A stretch of DNA of 64,000 bases from Longimicrobiales bacterium. GTDB lineage: Bacteria; Gemmatimonadota; Gemmatimonadetes; Longimicrobiales; Gaopeijiaceae. Below are positions 9,406 through 20,566 of the stretch, piece after piece; within the stretch, counting starts at the first letter, position 1; each line of letters opens with the position of its first letter. The stretch covers positions 1-64,000 of the forward strand of contig CBDCKN010000009.1 of NCBI GenBank assembly GCA_965218295.1. Direction: 5' to 3'. Below the pieces are notes generated by a model, which was not told the DNA's origin, searched no databases, and worked only from the letters and a program-made list of their open reading frames with translations. The position numbers were made by a program, and so were the translations under genes.

Positions 9406-10797
9406 ATGAGCGAGAATCACGCTCGCCCCTACGACAACGTCACTGAGGTGGTGGGCGGGACGCCGCTCATTCGGCTGAACAGCGTCACCCAGGGCGTCCC
9501 CGGGACGATCTACGCGAAGTGCGAGTTCATGAACCCCGGTGGATCGTTGAAGGACCGCATCGGCCTGGCCATCGTGGAGAAGGCCGAGCGGGAAGGGGCA
9601 CTCAAGCCCGGCGGCGTCATAGTCGAGGCCACCAGCGGGAACACCGGGCTGGCCCTGGCAATGGTGGCTGCCATCCGCGGCTATCGCTGCATCTTCACCA
9701 TGCCCGACAAGATGAGCCAGGAGAAGGTGAAGCTCCTCCGCTCGTTCGGCGCCGACGTGGTGATCGTTCCCACGGCCGTACCCCCGGACCACCCCGACCA
9801 CTACACGCAGAAGGCCACGAGCATCGCGCGGGAGACGCCTGGCGCCATTCTTGCGGATCAGTTCTACAACCCCGCGAACGCCGAGGCGCACTACGAAAGC
9901 ACGGGTCCGGAAGTGTGGGAGCAGACCGCCGGCGAGGTCACCCACTTCCTGGCCGACTCAGGCACCGGAGGGACGATCACCGGGGTGGGCCGGTTCCTGA
10001 AGGAGCGGAACCCAGACGTGCAGATCATCGGCGTGGATCCGGTGGGATCGATCTTGAAGACCTTTTTCGACACGGGTGAGATGATCGAAGGCGAACCCTA
10101 CAAGGTGGAGGGGCTGGGGAGCGACACGATCCCCGGAGCGCTGGACATGAGCGTCACGGACCGGTGGGTCACGGTGAGCGACGCTGAGGCCTTCGCCATG
10201 ACGCGGCAGCTGTGCCGGGAAGAGGGGCTGTTCGCCGGGGGCTCGTCGGGGCTCCTGGTCCACGCGGCCATCGAGATCGCCAAGGAGGTGAACGATCCCG
10301 ACGCCGTGATCGTCACGCTCCTGTGCGACTGGGGCGAGCACTACCTGTCCAAGCTCTACGACGACGACTGGATGCGGGAGAACGGCTTCCTCAGGAGAGC
10401 ACACCGGAGCATCCACGAGATGGTGCTGCAGAAGGGCGCCGACGCTCAGGAGCTGGTGACGGTTCAGCCCACGACTTCGGTCCGGGTCGCCCTCTCCACG
10501 ATCACCTCGTTCCACGTCTCGCAGATGCCGGTGATTCTGGACGGCGAGTGCGTCGGCTCCCTCACCGAGGCGGAGCTCATGTCCACGGTCATCGAGGATC
10601 CCGAGCTCCTGGACCGGCCCGTGGAATCGGTCATGGACGCGCCCTTCCCGGTGGTGGACAGCCATCTGGACGCCGACGAGGCGGCGCGGCTCCTGACCCG
10701 GGAGAACCCGGCGGTCCTGGTACGTGCCGACGGGGAGCTCAAGGGAATCCTGACCCGCTACGACGTGGTGCGGGATCTCACAGGGGCGGTGGGCTAG
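9406..10797 (+). CDS. Cystathionine beta-synthase (PLP domain plus CBS pair)
   Basis: NPGGSLKDR, EATSGNTG, GTGGT and a C-terminal CBS pair. Confidence 0.92.
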   Translation: MSENHARPYDNVTEVVGGTPLIRLNSVTQGVPGTIYAKCEFMNPGGSLKDRIGLAIVEKAEREGALKPGGVIVEATSGNTGLALAMVAAIRGYRCIFTMPDKMSQEKVKLLRSFGADVVIVPTAVPPDHPDHYTQKATSIARETPGAILADQFYNPANAEAHYESTGPEVWEQTAGEVTHFLADSGTGGTITGVGRFLKERNPDVQIIGVDPVGSILKTFFDTGEMIEGEPYKVEGLGSDTIPGALDMSVTDRWVTVSDAEAFAMTRQLCREEGLFAGGSSGLLVHAAIEIAKEVNDPDAVIVTLLCDWGEHYLSKLYDDDWMRENGFLRRAHRSIHEMVLQKGADAQELVTVQPTTSVRVALSTITSFHVSQMPVILDGECVGSLTEAELMSTVIEDPELLDRPVESVMDAPFPVVDSHLDADEAARLLTRENPAVLVRADGELKGILTRYDVVRDLTGAVG

Positions 10798-10799
10798 GG

Positions 10800-11834
10800 A
10801 TGAAGGTCGTCGTCCTTCTCGGGGGTGAGTCCGAGGAGCGGGACGTCTCTCTGGTTTCCGGCTGCCAAGTGGCCGACGCCCTCCGGCAGGCCGGGCACGA
10901 CGTAGTGGCCCTGGATCCCGTGAAGGGCCCGCTCGCCGAGCTCGGCGAGCGGATCATCCTGGCGTCGGGAGTCGGGGCGCTGCCGCCGTCCGAGACCGTG
11001 GGCGCGGGGGGTGGGGGGGTGATGGGGCGAGGGGGCGGGGGGGCGACCGCCTCAGGCACCGCGCTGGCCACCCGGAAGGAGATCGTCCAGGCCGACATCA
11101 TCTTCCCGGTGCTCCACGGTGGCATGGGGGAGGACGGCACACTCCAGGCCCTCCTGGACATCGCCGGGGTGTGTTACGCCGGGAGCGGCATGCTCGGGTG
11201 CGCCCTGTCCATGGACAAGGACGTCACAAAGCGAATCCTACGGGACGCCGGGATCCCGACGCCGGACTGGCTGGTGAGTCCCACTGCCGACCAGGTCATG
11301 GAGCGATTGGGCGCTCCCGTCATCGCCAAGCCGGTGGCCGGAGGATCGTCGGTGCGCCTGTCCCTGCTCCAGGTGGAGCTCGAGGTGGTGGCCGCCGTGG
11401 CCGAAGACGCGAAGGCGCCCTCACCCATGATGTACGAGGCCTACATCGAGGGCCGGGAGTTCACGGTGGGGATCCTGGGCGATCAGGCCCTACCCGTGGG
11501 CGAGATCGTGTCCCAGCACGAGCTCTTCGACTACGAATGCAAGTACCAGTTGGGGATGGCCGAGGAAATCTTCCCGGCCGACATCCCCGACGCGCTTGCC
11601 GAGACGCTGCAGGCCCGCGCCCTGGAGGTCCACCGGCTCCTGCGCCTCCGGGACTTCTCCCGCGTGGACTTCATGGTGGACGAGCCGGGCGAGGCGTGGT
11701 GCCTGGAGGCCAACGCGCTCCCGGGGCTCACGGGCAACAGCCTCCTGCCCAAGGCCGCCCGGGCGGGCGGCATCAGCTTTCCCGCGCTGTGCGACCTGAT
11801 CGTCCAGATGGCGGCGGAGAGGAAGGCACACTAG
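10800..11834 (+). CDS. ddl: D-alanine--D-alanine ligase
   Basis: GGESEERDVSL, LHGGMGEDG, MDK, RVDF and EANALPG motifs. Confidence 0.93.
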   Translation: MKVVVLLGGESEERDVSLVSGCQVADALRQAGHDVVALDPVKGPLAELGERIILASGVGALPPSETVGAGGGGVMGRGGGGATASGTALATRKEIVQADIIFPVLHGGMGEDGTLQALLDIAGVCYAGSGMLGCALSMDKDVTKRILRDAGIPTPDWLVSPTADQVMERLGAPVIAKPVAGGSSVRLSLLQVELEVVAAVAEDAKAPSPMMYEAYIEGREFTVGILGDQALPVGEIVSQHELFDYECKYQLGMAEEIFPADIPDALAETLQARALEVHRLLRLRDFSRVDFMVDEPGEAWCLEANALPGLTGNSLLPKAARAGGISFPALCDLIVQMAAERKAH

Positions 11835-12622
11835 CTGGACTCCAGCAGTCGATCCACCTCCTCTTCCGCCTCCAGGCGGAGCGACTCGTGCGTGAGCTGC
11901 TGCAACTGCTCATCCCGATCGTATATCGTCTCCAGCCACTCGGAGACATCGTCGGACGGGATCCCCTCTTCGGTCCCGGCATGGTCCGTAAACGACGAAA
12001 TATCGGCGAGGGCTCTTACGGTCCGTTTCGCGCTGATCCACTCCCGAATGCGGATGATGGTCACGGCGAGTCGAAAGACCGACGGGTCCATCGCTTTCGT
12101 CTTTGCGCTGAAGAGCCCTTCATACCCCGGAATGCCGTTCTTCCACCGCTTGTTCAGCGCGGAGCCAGCCCTCGTGTGGCGGTAGAGCTCCTGGTCGATC
12201 TCCGCCAGTTGGGCGTCACTGAGGTCCTCGTCTGCAAGACGCAAGGCAACCGGGATCCAGCCGTTCTGCCAACGCGCGACTTCGATTCCTTTCAAGCGCT
12301 GGAGGGCCGGCTGGGCCTTTCGGCTGATTTGCTCTTCCCCCTTCTCGATGGCAGCCCTCTGTTCTGGCGTCATTTTCGGCTTGTGATAGCCGGTCAAGTC
12401 TCCTTGCAAGGTCGCGAGCTTCTGCCATTCATCCTGCGCTTTGTCGATGACCTTCCAGACCTCGGCTTCGGCCGGGCGCAGGGATGGCCCCCGCGGTGCG
12501 ATTCTGAGGTGCACGAGCACGCGGCCCCACAGGCTCGTCGGGAACCCGCAGCCAGGGCAATGCCCCTTGCCGGTTGAGATATTGAAGCCGCAGCGCCAGC
12601 TGCGACACTTCTTGTAGCCCAT
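11831..12622 (-). CDS. Hypothetical protein, N-terminal Zn ribbon plus helical/coiled-coil body
   Basis: CRSWRCG...CPGCG, ATG with purine-rich SD, protein-like composition. Confidence 0.65.
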   Translation of the reverse strand: MGYKKCRSWRCGFNISTGKGHCPGCGFPTSLWGRVLVHLRIAPRGPSLRPAEAEVWKVIDKAQDEWQKLATLQGDLTGYHKPKMTPEQRAAIEKGEEQISRKAQPALQRLKGIEVARWQNGWIPVALRLADEDLSDAQLAEIDQELYRHTRAGSALNKRWKNGIPGYEGLFSAKTKAMDPSVFRLAVTIIRIREWISAKRTVRALADISSFTDHAGTEEGIPSDDVSEWLETIYDRDEQLQQLTHESLRLEAEEEVDRLLESS

Positions 12623-12772
12623 CGCGCCCCCCTCTGGGCTGCGCGGATCGTTGCAAGGGTAGGAAGCTACAACCCGAGCGGTCAGTTGCCGAACAGGCCT
12701 GCGAACGCGGAGGGGGGACCACGTACATCTGCTTAGCGGCCTCGTAGTGGGCGTCTTGGCGCGTCTCGTCCT

Positions 12773-13315
12773 CTACCGCGACCAGGGCGGCACCACGTGG
12801 TTCATGCGCGCGTAAGCGATCGACTGCCCGAGATGCTCGTCCATGTGGCTAACGAGTTGGAGCAGGACGGCCCACTTACCGACGTCACGGCCGTATAGCC
12901 TAGTCTTCTCCTCGAGATCCTCGGAGGACATGGAGGCCGCGACACGCCTGACGTGCTCCATCGACTCGGCCAGGATGGCGACGGCCTTCTCCTTGTCGGC
13001 CACCCCCTCCTCCCAGCTGTCGTACTCCGCAGCGCCCATAGGCGAGGGCACGTCCAAAGCGATCTCCGGATAGTAGTAGTTGTAGCGCGCGATGTGCATG
13101 TATACGCGCGCCACCGACCTCACGCCGTCCATGGGACTCCAGGCGTAGCTCTCCTCCGGCATCGCCTTGGCCAGGGCCACAAATTTCTCTGCGGAGGCGT
13201 TGAACTGCCTTTCGAACTCCACGCTGAAGTTCGGAGGTGAGCTCTGCGCCAGGACGTTCGAAGTGAAGATGGCGGCAAGGGCCAGGATCAGAAGCGCGGT
13301 GCTGGCCGTACGCAT
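12773..13315 (-). CDS. DinB-family exported protein
   Basis: Signal peptide, AMPEESYAWSP, H..., and HMDEHLGQSIAYARM. Confidence 0.88.
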   Translation of the reverse strand: MRTASTALLILALAAIFTSNVLAQSSPPNFSVEFERQFNASAEKFVALAKAMPEESYAWSPMDGVRSVARVYMHIARYNYYYPEIALDVPSPMGAAEYDSWEEGVADKEKAVAILAESMEHVRRVAASMSSEDLEEKTRLYGRDVGKWAVLLQLVSHMDEHLGQSIAYARMNHVVPPWSR

Positions 13316-13369
13316 GGGGTAGCTCCGGTTGAGACGGGATGATCGGGGAGAATATAGGGCTCGAGTCCC

Positions 13370-13723
13370 CTATGGAAGCTGCCAGACGAGATACCCTGCA
13401 GCGATGGTACCGACGAGCACGCCCCCGTAACACAGCAGGACAATCAACGCGTTCAGGTGCTTGATCTGCAACCCGTCGTACAGTGTGTAGCGAAAGCGGT
13501 GCGCCCAGTGAAACAACGACAACGTGCACGAGACGAAAATCGTCACGCGCGAAAGTGGGTGGCCCAGCACCGCGAGCATGTGCGCATGACTGGGGGGCGA
13601 AAACCAGCCGAGAGGGAAGGCGAGGCCGAACAGCAACAGCAGGACCGGGATCACTAGGGCGGCCACCACGCCCCCGGCGCTGAAGAGAATCCACAAGAGC
13701 GGCTCTAGCGTTCGCTTTACCAT
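13370..13723 (-). CDS. frdD: Fumarate reductase subunit D
   Basis: EPLLWILFSAGG, HWAHRFRY, three TM segments, operon position. Confidence 0.9.
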   Translation of the reverse strand: MVKRTLEPLLWILFSAGGVVAALVIPVLLLLFGLAFPLGWFSPPSHAHMLAVLGHPLSRVTIFVSCTLSLFHWAHRFRYTLYDGLQIKHLNALIVLLCYGGVLVGTIAAGYLVWQLP

Positions 13724-13725
13724 CG

Positions 13726-14148
13726 CTACCTCGACCCAGCGAGGATGATCCACGCCACCAGGAGAGACGTCACCACCCACGCGCCGTAGTTGGAGGCGGC
13801 AATCAATTTCCCCGGCACTCGCTTGCCTCGCATGTGCAGCACCATCGCCTGGGGTGCCAGGTTGAACCAGGTGACGGCGTGGAATACGACAAAGAACAGG
13901 CTGACGAGGTTGACGAGCACGATGCCCGGGTTTGCGGCCCAACGCATGAACTCTTGGTAAGCAGGCTCTCCACGCCCCACTGCAGCGACCAGCAGCAGAA
14001 AGAACACGACGAACCACGCCACGAAGATGCTGCTCATCTCGCGCAAGATGAACGCGATCGAGGACCGGCGCTTCAACCACCACCACGTGGAAACCGGCGG
14101 ACGATACCAGCGCGGGTGGAAACGCGTGTATGTCGGTTGCTCGCTCAT
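13726..14148 (-). CDS. frdC: Fumarate reductase subunit C
   Basis: WWLK...[22 protein letters not shown] overlap with frdB. Confidence 0.9.
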   Translation of the reverse strand: MSEQPTYTRFHPRWYRPPVSTWWWLKRRSSIAFILREMSSIFVAWFVVFFLLLVAAVGRGEPAYQEFMRWAANPGIVLVNLVSLFFVVFHAVTWFNLAPQAMVLHMRGKRVPGKLIAASNYGAWVVTSLLVAWIILAGSR

Positions 14149-14888
14149 CTGGCGCCCCACGGCAAAAGGAGGCCTTTGAGCGACGTCAGCGCGGCATCGA
14201 GCTTGTAACGCTGAATGGCGCCGGCGGGATCGACGTCCTTCGGACAGACCTCGGTACATTCGCCCACGAAGGTGCAGCCCCAGATTCCATCGTGCTGGGA
14301 AAGAAGGTCGAGACGCTCACCGGATCCCTCGTCGCGTGAATCGAGATTGTACCGCTGGGCCAGAGCAATCACGGCCGGCCCGAGGAACTTCGGGTCGAGG
14401 CCGTACACCGGGCAGGCGGCGTAGCACAGCATGCAATTGATGCACATGCTGTACTGCTTGTACTTGCTCAGTTCGTCCGGTGTTTGCCTGTACTCTCCTT
14501 CCGCCAGAGGCCGTTCCTGGTCGCGCACGATCCAGGGCTTGATCGTGGTCAGCTTTTGCATGAAGTCCGTCATCTCGACGATGAGATCCCGGATGACGGG
14601 GAAGTTTTGCAGCGGCTCGAGACGCACGGGACCCGGCGCGTAGTCGGTCAGGAACGTTGCGCACGTCAGCTTCGGCTCTCCGTTGACGGTCATGCCGCAA
14701 CTACCGCAGATGCCCATGCGACACGACCAACGGTACGACAAGGTGCCGTCCAGCTGATCCTTGATGTAGTTGAGCCCGTCGAGCACCACCCAGTCTTTGC
14801 GGCACGGCACCTCGTATTCCTCGAACGTCGGTTCGGCCTCCTCCTCGGGACGGTACCGTGCCAGCCGCAGGGTGATACGATCATCCAT
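14145..14888 (-). CDS. frdB: Fumarate reductase iron-sulfur subunit
   Basis: [17 protein letters not shown] and [12 protein letters not shown]. Confidence 0.95.
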   Translation of the reverse strand: MDDRITLRLARYRPEEEAEPTFEEYEVPCRKDWVVLDGLNYIKDQLDGTLSYRWSCRMGICGSCGMTVNGEPKLTCATFLTDYAPGPVRLEPLQNFPVIRDLIVEMTDFMQKLTTIKPWIVRDQERPLAEGEYRQTPDELSKYKQYSMCINCMLCYAACPVYGLDPKFLGPAVIALAQRYNLDSRDEGSGERLDLLSQHDGIWGCTFVGECTEVCPKDVDPAGAIQRYKLDAALTSLKGLLLPWGAR

Positions 14889-14892
14889 GTTG

Positions 14893-16632
14893 TTACCTCC
14901 CGTATACTCGCTCGCCAGGGGGCCACCGGGTGATCGTCACCGGCAGGGATTCGACCCTCGAGGAGCCGTCGGAATTACGATACGCGAGTGAATGCGCCAA
15001 GAAACGCTCGTCGTCACGGTCGGTGAAGTCGGTCCTTTGGTGTGCGCCCCGAGATTCTTCGCGCCACAACGCAGAGTGGATCATCGCCTCGGAAACGTCG
15101 AGCATGGCGGACAGCTCCAAGACGGTGGTCAGCTCCGTGTTGAACGTTCGGCTGCTATCCTCCACGGCCACGTTTCGAAAGCGCTCCTGAAGCTCGCGCA
15201 GCCGGTCGGCCGCCTGGGTCAGGCCCTCGCCCGAGCGATAGATGCCGGCGCCCTGCTCCATGGTCTCCTGCATCTCCTCGCGAATAGTCGCGGGGCGTTC
15301 CGTGCCATCCGTCTTGTGCAGGAAATCTCGCTCCAAACGCCGTTTTTCATCCTCGGCCTGCGCCAGCAGGCTGGAGCTCGGATCCGTCCGGGTGGACGCA
15401 TACTCCGCCGCTGCACGGCCGGCGCGCGCGCCGAAAACGAGCAGCTCCGTTAGGGAATTGGACCCCAGGCGGTTCGCGCCGTTGATGTTCACGCACGCGA
15501 CCTCACCAGCCGCATAAAGCCCGGCCAGGGGCGTAGCACCGTCGATGTCGGTGTGGACCCCTCCCATCATGTAGTGGATGACCGGCCGTACCGGGATCAT
15601 CTCCGTGACGGGGTCGATATTCTGGTATTTCCGACACAACTCGCGCACGAACGGAATCTTGGTGTCGATGACCTGCCTGCCCAAATGCCGCAGGTCGAGG
15701 TGAACCACCGCTCCGTAGGGGCCATCGATGGCCTGCCCCTTCTCCACCTCCTTGACGAAGGCCTGCGACAGACGGTCCCGAGGCCCCAACTCCATGCTCC
15801 GCAGAACCGGTTTCGGCTCCGGTGTTCCCAGGTCGTAGTCCTGCAGGTAGCGGTAGCCGTCTTTGTTGAGCAACCAGCCTCCCTCGGCCCGCGAGGCCTC
15901 GGTGATCAGGATGCCAGTGAACGGGAGGCCCGTCGGGTGATACTGAACGAACTCCATGTCCTTTAGCGGTGCGCCGGCCGTGTAGGCCAACGCCATGCCG
16001 TCGCCGGTCTTGATGCTGCCGTTGGTGGTGAACGGAAAGACGCGGCCGCAGCCGCCCGTGCACAGAACGACGGCCTTGGCCAGAATCGGCTGGACCTCGC
16101 CGGACATCAGCTCTAACGCCACGACGCCCTGGACCCGACCATCATCGACCAGGAGTTTGGTCACGAACCACTCGTCGTAGCGAACGACGCTCGTGTACTT
16201 GAGTGAGGTTTGGAACAGCGTGTGGAGCATGTGGAAGCCAGTCTTGTCGGCCGCGTACCACGTTCGCTTGTTCTTCATGCCGCCGAACGAACGCACTGCC
16301 ACTCGTCCCTCGGGCGTGCGACTCCAGGGACAACCCCAGTGTTCCAACCGGAGCAGCTCCTCCGGCGCCTCCTTCACGAACTCGTCGACGGCGTCTTGAT
16401 CGCACAGCCAATCGCCACCGGAGATAGTGTCATAGGCGTGCTCGTCGAGGGAGTCGTCTTCGGCGATCACTCCTGCAGCGCCGCCCTCTGCCGAGACGGT
16501 GTGGCTGCGCATGGGGTAGACCTTGGAGACGACGGCGATGCGGAGGCGGGGGTTGATTTCCGCGATGGCAATGGCCGCGCGTAATCCTGCTCCGCCGCCC
16601 CCCACCAGTACTACGTCATGAGAAGCGGTCAC
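14893..16632 (-). CDS. frdA: Fumarate reductase flavoprotein subunit
   Basis: [27 protein letters not shown] and GANRLGSNS. Confidence 0.95.
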   Translation of the reverse strand: MTASHDVVLVGGGGAGLRAAIAIAEINPRLRIAVVSKVYPMRSHTVSAEGGAAGVIAEDDSLDEHAYDTISGGDWLCDQDAVDEFVKEAPEELLRLEHWGCPWSRTPEGRVAVRSFGGMKNKRTWYAADKTGFHMLHTLFQTSLKYTSVVRYDEWFVTKLLVDDGRVQGVVALELMSGEVQPILAKAVVLCTGGCGRVFPFTTNGSIKTGDGMALAYTAGAPLKDMEFVQYHPTGLPFTGILITEASRAEGGWLLNKDGYRYLQDYDLGTPEPKPVLRSMELGPRDRLSQAFVKEVEKGQAIDGPYGAVVHLDLRHLGRQVIDTKIPFVRELCRKYQNIDPVTEMIPVRPVIHYMMGGVHTDIDGATPLAGLYAAGEVACVNINGANRLGSNSLTELLVFGARAGRAAAEYASTRTDPSSSLLAQAEDEKRRLERDFLHKTDGTERPATIREEMQETMEQGAGIYRSGEGLTQAADRLRELQERFRNVAVEDSSRTFNTELTTVLELSAMLDVSEAMIHSALWREESRGAHQRTDFTDRDDERFLAHSLAYRNSDGSSRVESLPVTITRWPPGERVYGR

Positions 16633-16824
16633 TTGAGCTCGTCTTCTGGTACGGTACCGTCGTGGCGGACCACACTACGCGAACCGCTTCCGTCGTGATA
16701 TTCGTGGCGGATACTCCGGCAGTAGGGCCTCACGGCCCAAGTGGCCGTCGCCTGCTCGATTATGCGCGTAACGCCCCAGAGCGGCAAGGATCGGAGACTG
16801 TCCCGATGTCGTCCTCTCAGCCGT

Positions 16825-17757
16825 TCAGTATCCCTGTGCCACCAGGACTCCCATCAGTGTACCGGCGAGCGCGCCCCCCATCATCTGCGCCCATGCTTTC
16901 GACGACGGTAGCGGTTGCTCGCCACGATGCAGCAGTGGAACCGTTACGCCGGTCGCAATGCCGATACCGGCGCCTGCCACAACATCCGAAGGGAAATGCT
17001 GGCCTGCCTCGACGCGCAGCGCCGAGGTCATGCCCGCCAACGCGCCCCCCAGGAAGCCGACACCAGCGCGCTCGAGCCAGCTCGCTTCCGGACGGCCCAG
17101 CAGGTGTTCCGTCATCCCCAATGCTGCTCCTGTCCACGCTGAGGACGTGTGCCCCGACGGCATCGAGTGGAAGGTGCGCTCCCTTGAGACGTCGTAGGCG
17201 GCATCGTCCGGACGTTCTTCTGGGGACAGGTACGCAAACGGGCGGGCACGGCCCAGCATCGTCTTGGCGAGGAGTGTGAACCCTTGCCCGATCAGAAATG
17301 TCTCGGCATAGACGAGGCTACGGCGGCCGAGACCACGCCAACGCTCGCCAGGCTGGCCGGTGACCAAGGTTAAAACGAACGGAAACACCTGGGCCGCGGT
17401 GCGTGTCCAGTCACTGGCTGCATCAGCATCAAGACTGCTGCTGCCAACGATTTCACGGTCCACCGACCAGGCGATGTCAGCCGGATCGAACCCCTGCGGC
17501 GGCACCTCGCGATCATCGACTGGCACGAGAAGGCCGGTGACCAGGAAGCCGGCGCCCACTCCCGACAGGGTGATCTCGCGCCCTTTCCGATAATCGGGAT
17601 AGAAACGATCAGGATGGACGCCATGGGGCGTCGAGACGGAATCGACGCTCGTCGCGGGCTGGCCCCGCGCCCCCGTGGGCAGACACAACGCCAGTACCAC
17701 GGGCGCAACGCAAAGGTGACGGGCCCAGTCATGTCTTGTGGATCGCAAGCGATTCAT
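16825..17757 (-). CDS. PAP2-family phosphatase
   Basis: K......RARP, SMPSGH and RVEAGQHFPSDV motifs. Start uncertain. Confidence 0.85.
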   Translation of the reverse strand: MNRLRSTRHDWARHLCVAPVVLALCLPTGARGQPATSVDSVSTPHGVHPDRFYPDYRKGREITLSGVGAGFLVTGLLVPVDDREVPPQGFDPADIAWSVDREIVGSSSLDADAASDWTRTAAQVFPFVLTLVTGQPGERWRGLGRRSLVYAETFLIGQGFTLLAKTMLGRARPFAYLSPEERPDDAAYDVSRERTFHSMPSGHTSSAWTGAALGMTEHLLGRPEASWLERAGVGFLGGALAGMTSALRVEAGQHFPSDVVAGAGIGIATGVTVPLLHRGEQPLPSSKAWAQMMGGALAGTLMGVLVAQGY

Positions 17758-17990
17758 CGTGCGGCAACCGGGTGGCGGCGTCGCCGTCCCCGGCCGGGTG
17801 ATGGGATCGGACATGGACCCCAAGATGCGGGGTAGCTACGAGGCGTGCCAGCGAGGGCTCTCTTGCGGGCCGTCCAAGAAGAAGGGCCGGGAGGCGCAAG
17901 CAAGACCTCGTCACATGCCCGGGATTTTCTTGTCCTGCGCCGTCCCTGCGCATATCCTGTGAGGTTTAGGGGTTGAGACTGGTTGTATGG

Positions 17991-20386
17991 ATGAAATTCG
18001 CGGCAGTGCCTGTGACCATTTTCACGGTCTTGCTGGCTGTCCCAGCGACAGTCCGCGCGCAGCAGGTCAGTTCTGCCGCACCGCCGTCGCTGACCGCCCT
18101 GCGGGTCGAACATCTCGATCTACTTCGACTCTTTTCACGATCGCCGGACAGCTTTCCAGTTCGCGGTGGGCCCGAGTGGCTCCATCATGGACCGCTACTC
18201 CACGAACGATCGTCGCGGTGGTGACTTCTCGTGGGATCCCGTGTGGCAGGTGGCGACATCCATCGACGAGCTGGGGTGGGTCGCTGAATTCCGCATCCCC
18301 TTGACGCAGCTACGGTTCGCCACCGACCAGGCCACCTGGGGCTTCCAGGTGCGCAGGTATATCCAGCGGAAGAACGAACAAGCGTTCTGGGCGCCATGGT
18401 CCAAAGCATCCAGCGGGTTCGCGTCGCTTTTCGGTGAGCTGCACGGGCTCACCGACCTTCCCTCTCCAGCGCGACTCGAGATCCGTCCTTACGTAGTGGC
18501 TACGGGGCGCCGGCGTCCTGAGTCCACTGGAAGCGTCTATGCTCCAGCGTCGGCTGTAGGCGGTAACGTCGGGATTGATCTGAAATACGGCCTCTCGTCA
18601 GCCTTCACCCTCGACCTCACGGCCAACCCGGATTTCGGACAGGTCGAGGCCGATCCCGCAGTGGTCAACCTCACAGCGTTCGAGTCGTTCTTCCCCGAGC
18701 GCCGACCATTCTTCGTGGAAGGTGGTGATCTCTTCAACCAGTTCGTCCCTTGGGCACGACTGTTCTACTCGCGTCGCATCGGCCGAAGGCCGCAGGGATG
18801 GTCGAGTCCTCCCGACGGAGGGACCGTCGAGATCCCCGACACTACCACCATCGTGAGTGCGGCCAAAGTCACTGGCAAATCGGCGGGTGGCTTGGGGCTC
18901 GGGCTGTTGTCGGCGGTGACGACCGGCGAGAGCGGCACCATGCGAGATGCGTTGGGCGACGTCGTAGGGTCGGAGCGCGTGTAGCCCTGGGTGCACCATT
19001 TCGCCGGTCGCGTCGAGCAGGACTACCGCGATGGCCAGCACACGGTCGGGACGATGGTGACGGCGCTGAACCGATTCGATGGGGCCGACGAACTAGGACT
19101 CCGTCGCGCGGCGTATTCGATGAAGGTGGACGACACGCACAAGTGGCAGCGCAACACATACGGCCTGGACTGGTCCATTGGCGGCAGCCACATCCGTGGA
19201 GCCGAGGCGGTGATCCTGGGGGCGCAGCGCTCCTCGTTCCGATACTTCCAGCGCCCCGATGCTGATCACCTATCTGTCGATGACACGCGCACGTCACTGA
19301 ACGGCTATTCGATCTTGGTTAGCGCGGGTAAGAACGCGGGCGCGTGGCGGTACTACGGGTTTGCGTTTCGGAACAGCCCGGGATTCGACGTCACCGATCT
19401 CGGCTTCCTCTTCGGACCGGTCGACAATCAACAAGCAGGGGGCGGGATCGGTTACTACCAGGTAACTCCCGTCGGTCCGTTTCGTGACTTCCGGGTCGGC
19501 GTGGACGCGCGTTCAAGTTGGACCACTGACCGGGTGAGGTTGGCAACCTGGTTTCGTCCGGCGTTCTTCGAAGGAAACCTGCGCAACAACTGGGGCTTCG
19601 ACGTGAACCCCATGGCTTTCATGGTCGGCCAGCGGTCGGTCAACGCCCTGCGTGGTGGCCCTTCCATCCGGCAGAACACATGGCACCAGAGCTTCGTCAA
19701 CGTGTTCAGCGATCGTCGCAAGCCCTTGTCGTTTTCTCTGGGCATGAGGATCGGCGGTCGATTCGGCACCCCGGCCCGGTGGGCTGACACCAACGTCCGG
19801 GCGACCTTGCGCCCGACCGCGACCCTGAACGTTCAGCTCCGCGTCGGCTACGACTCGAACAGGGACCCGGAGCAGTGGATCACGAGCCGGACCATCGCCG
19901 ACTCGACACGCTATGTGCTCGCGTCGATTCGTCAGCGGACAACTCAACACCAGCGTGCGGCTCGACTGGACTCTATCGCCCAACCTCAGCTTCCAGCTCT
20001 ACGCCCAGCCTTTCGTGTCGGCGGGAGAATATTCGTCTTATCTCGAGGTTGACGATCCCGAGGCCGAGCGCTGGGAGGACCGCTTCCACTTCTACGGTGA
20101 CGAGATCGCTTGTGGTGACTCCGAGTGTGAGATCGACCGTGACTCCGACGGGGTCCCGGACGCGTCGTTCGCGCGGCCCGATTTCAACTTCGAGTCGCTT
20201 CGGATGACGTCCGTGCTCCGGTGGGAGTATGTGCCCGGCTCGGTACTCTTCGTAGCATGGCAGCATGGCCGCAGCGATCGTGGACTCGATGGGGAGTTCG
20301 GAGGGTTGGGTGCCATGCGCGATCTCTTCAGCCTGGAGACCGACAACACGGTCCTCGTCAAGGTGAGCTACTGGCTGGGGTTATAG
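17991..20386 (+). pseudogene. DUF5916 / CBM9-like outer-membrane protein, disrupted
   Basis: Signal peptide, apparent deletion and frameshift near 18111, NPDFGQVEAD and FFPERRPFF motifs, in-frame TAG at 18982, +1 frameshift near 19940, C-terminal KVSYW. Confidence 0.85.
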
Positions 20387-20401
20387 GCGCCAGTCAGTTC
20401 C

Positions 20402-20511
20402 CCATCCGCGCCTTCAACACCTCGAAGAAGTTCTGGACCACCCCCACACGGAACCTGCTTGCCCGAACCGGGGTTTGAAGTCAGGATGGCAGGGCGGGAT
20501 CCTTTTTTTTT
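20402..20511 (+). other. About 90-nt imperfect rod-like hairpin followed by a T9 tract
   Basis: Pairings CCATCC/GGATGG, CTTCAA/TTGAAG, ACCTCG/CGGGGT, GTTC/GAAC. T9 at 20503-20511. Confidence 0.45.
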
Positions 20512-20566
20512 CGTTGTATGTTGGAGAAGTGCTTGTGAGAAGACGGGGTACGTGGCCGGCGTCGGT

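Noticed and set aside
12625..12720. C-tract/G-tract pairing around the Zn-ribbon gene SD as a riboswitch
   Set aside because: Only low-complexity pairing, with no recognisable aptamer.
18982..18984. In-frame TAG in the DUF5916 gene as possible pyrrolysine or readthrough
   Set aside because: Context fits a GAG (Glu) to TAG change, the gene has other lesions, and no pyl genes are in the window.
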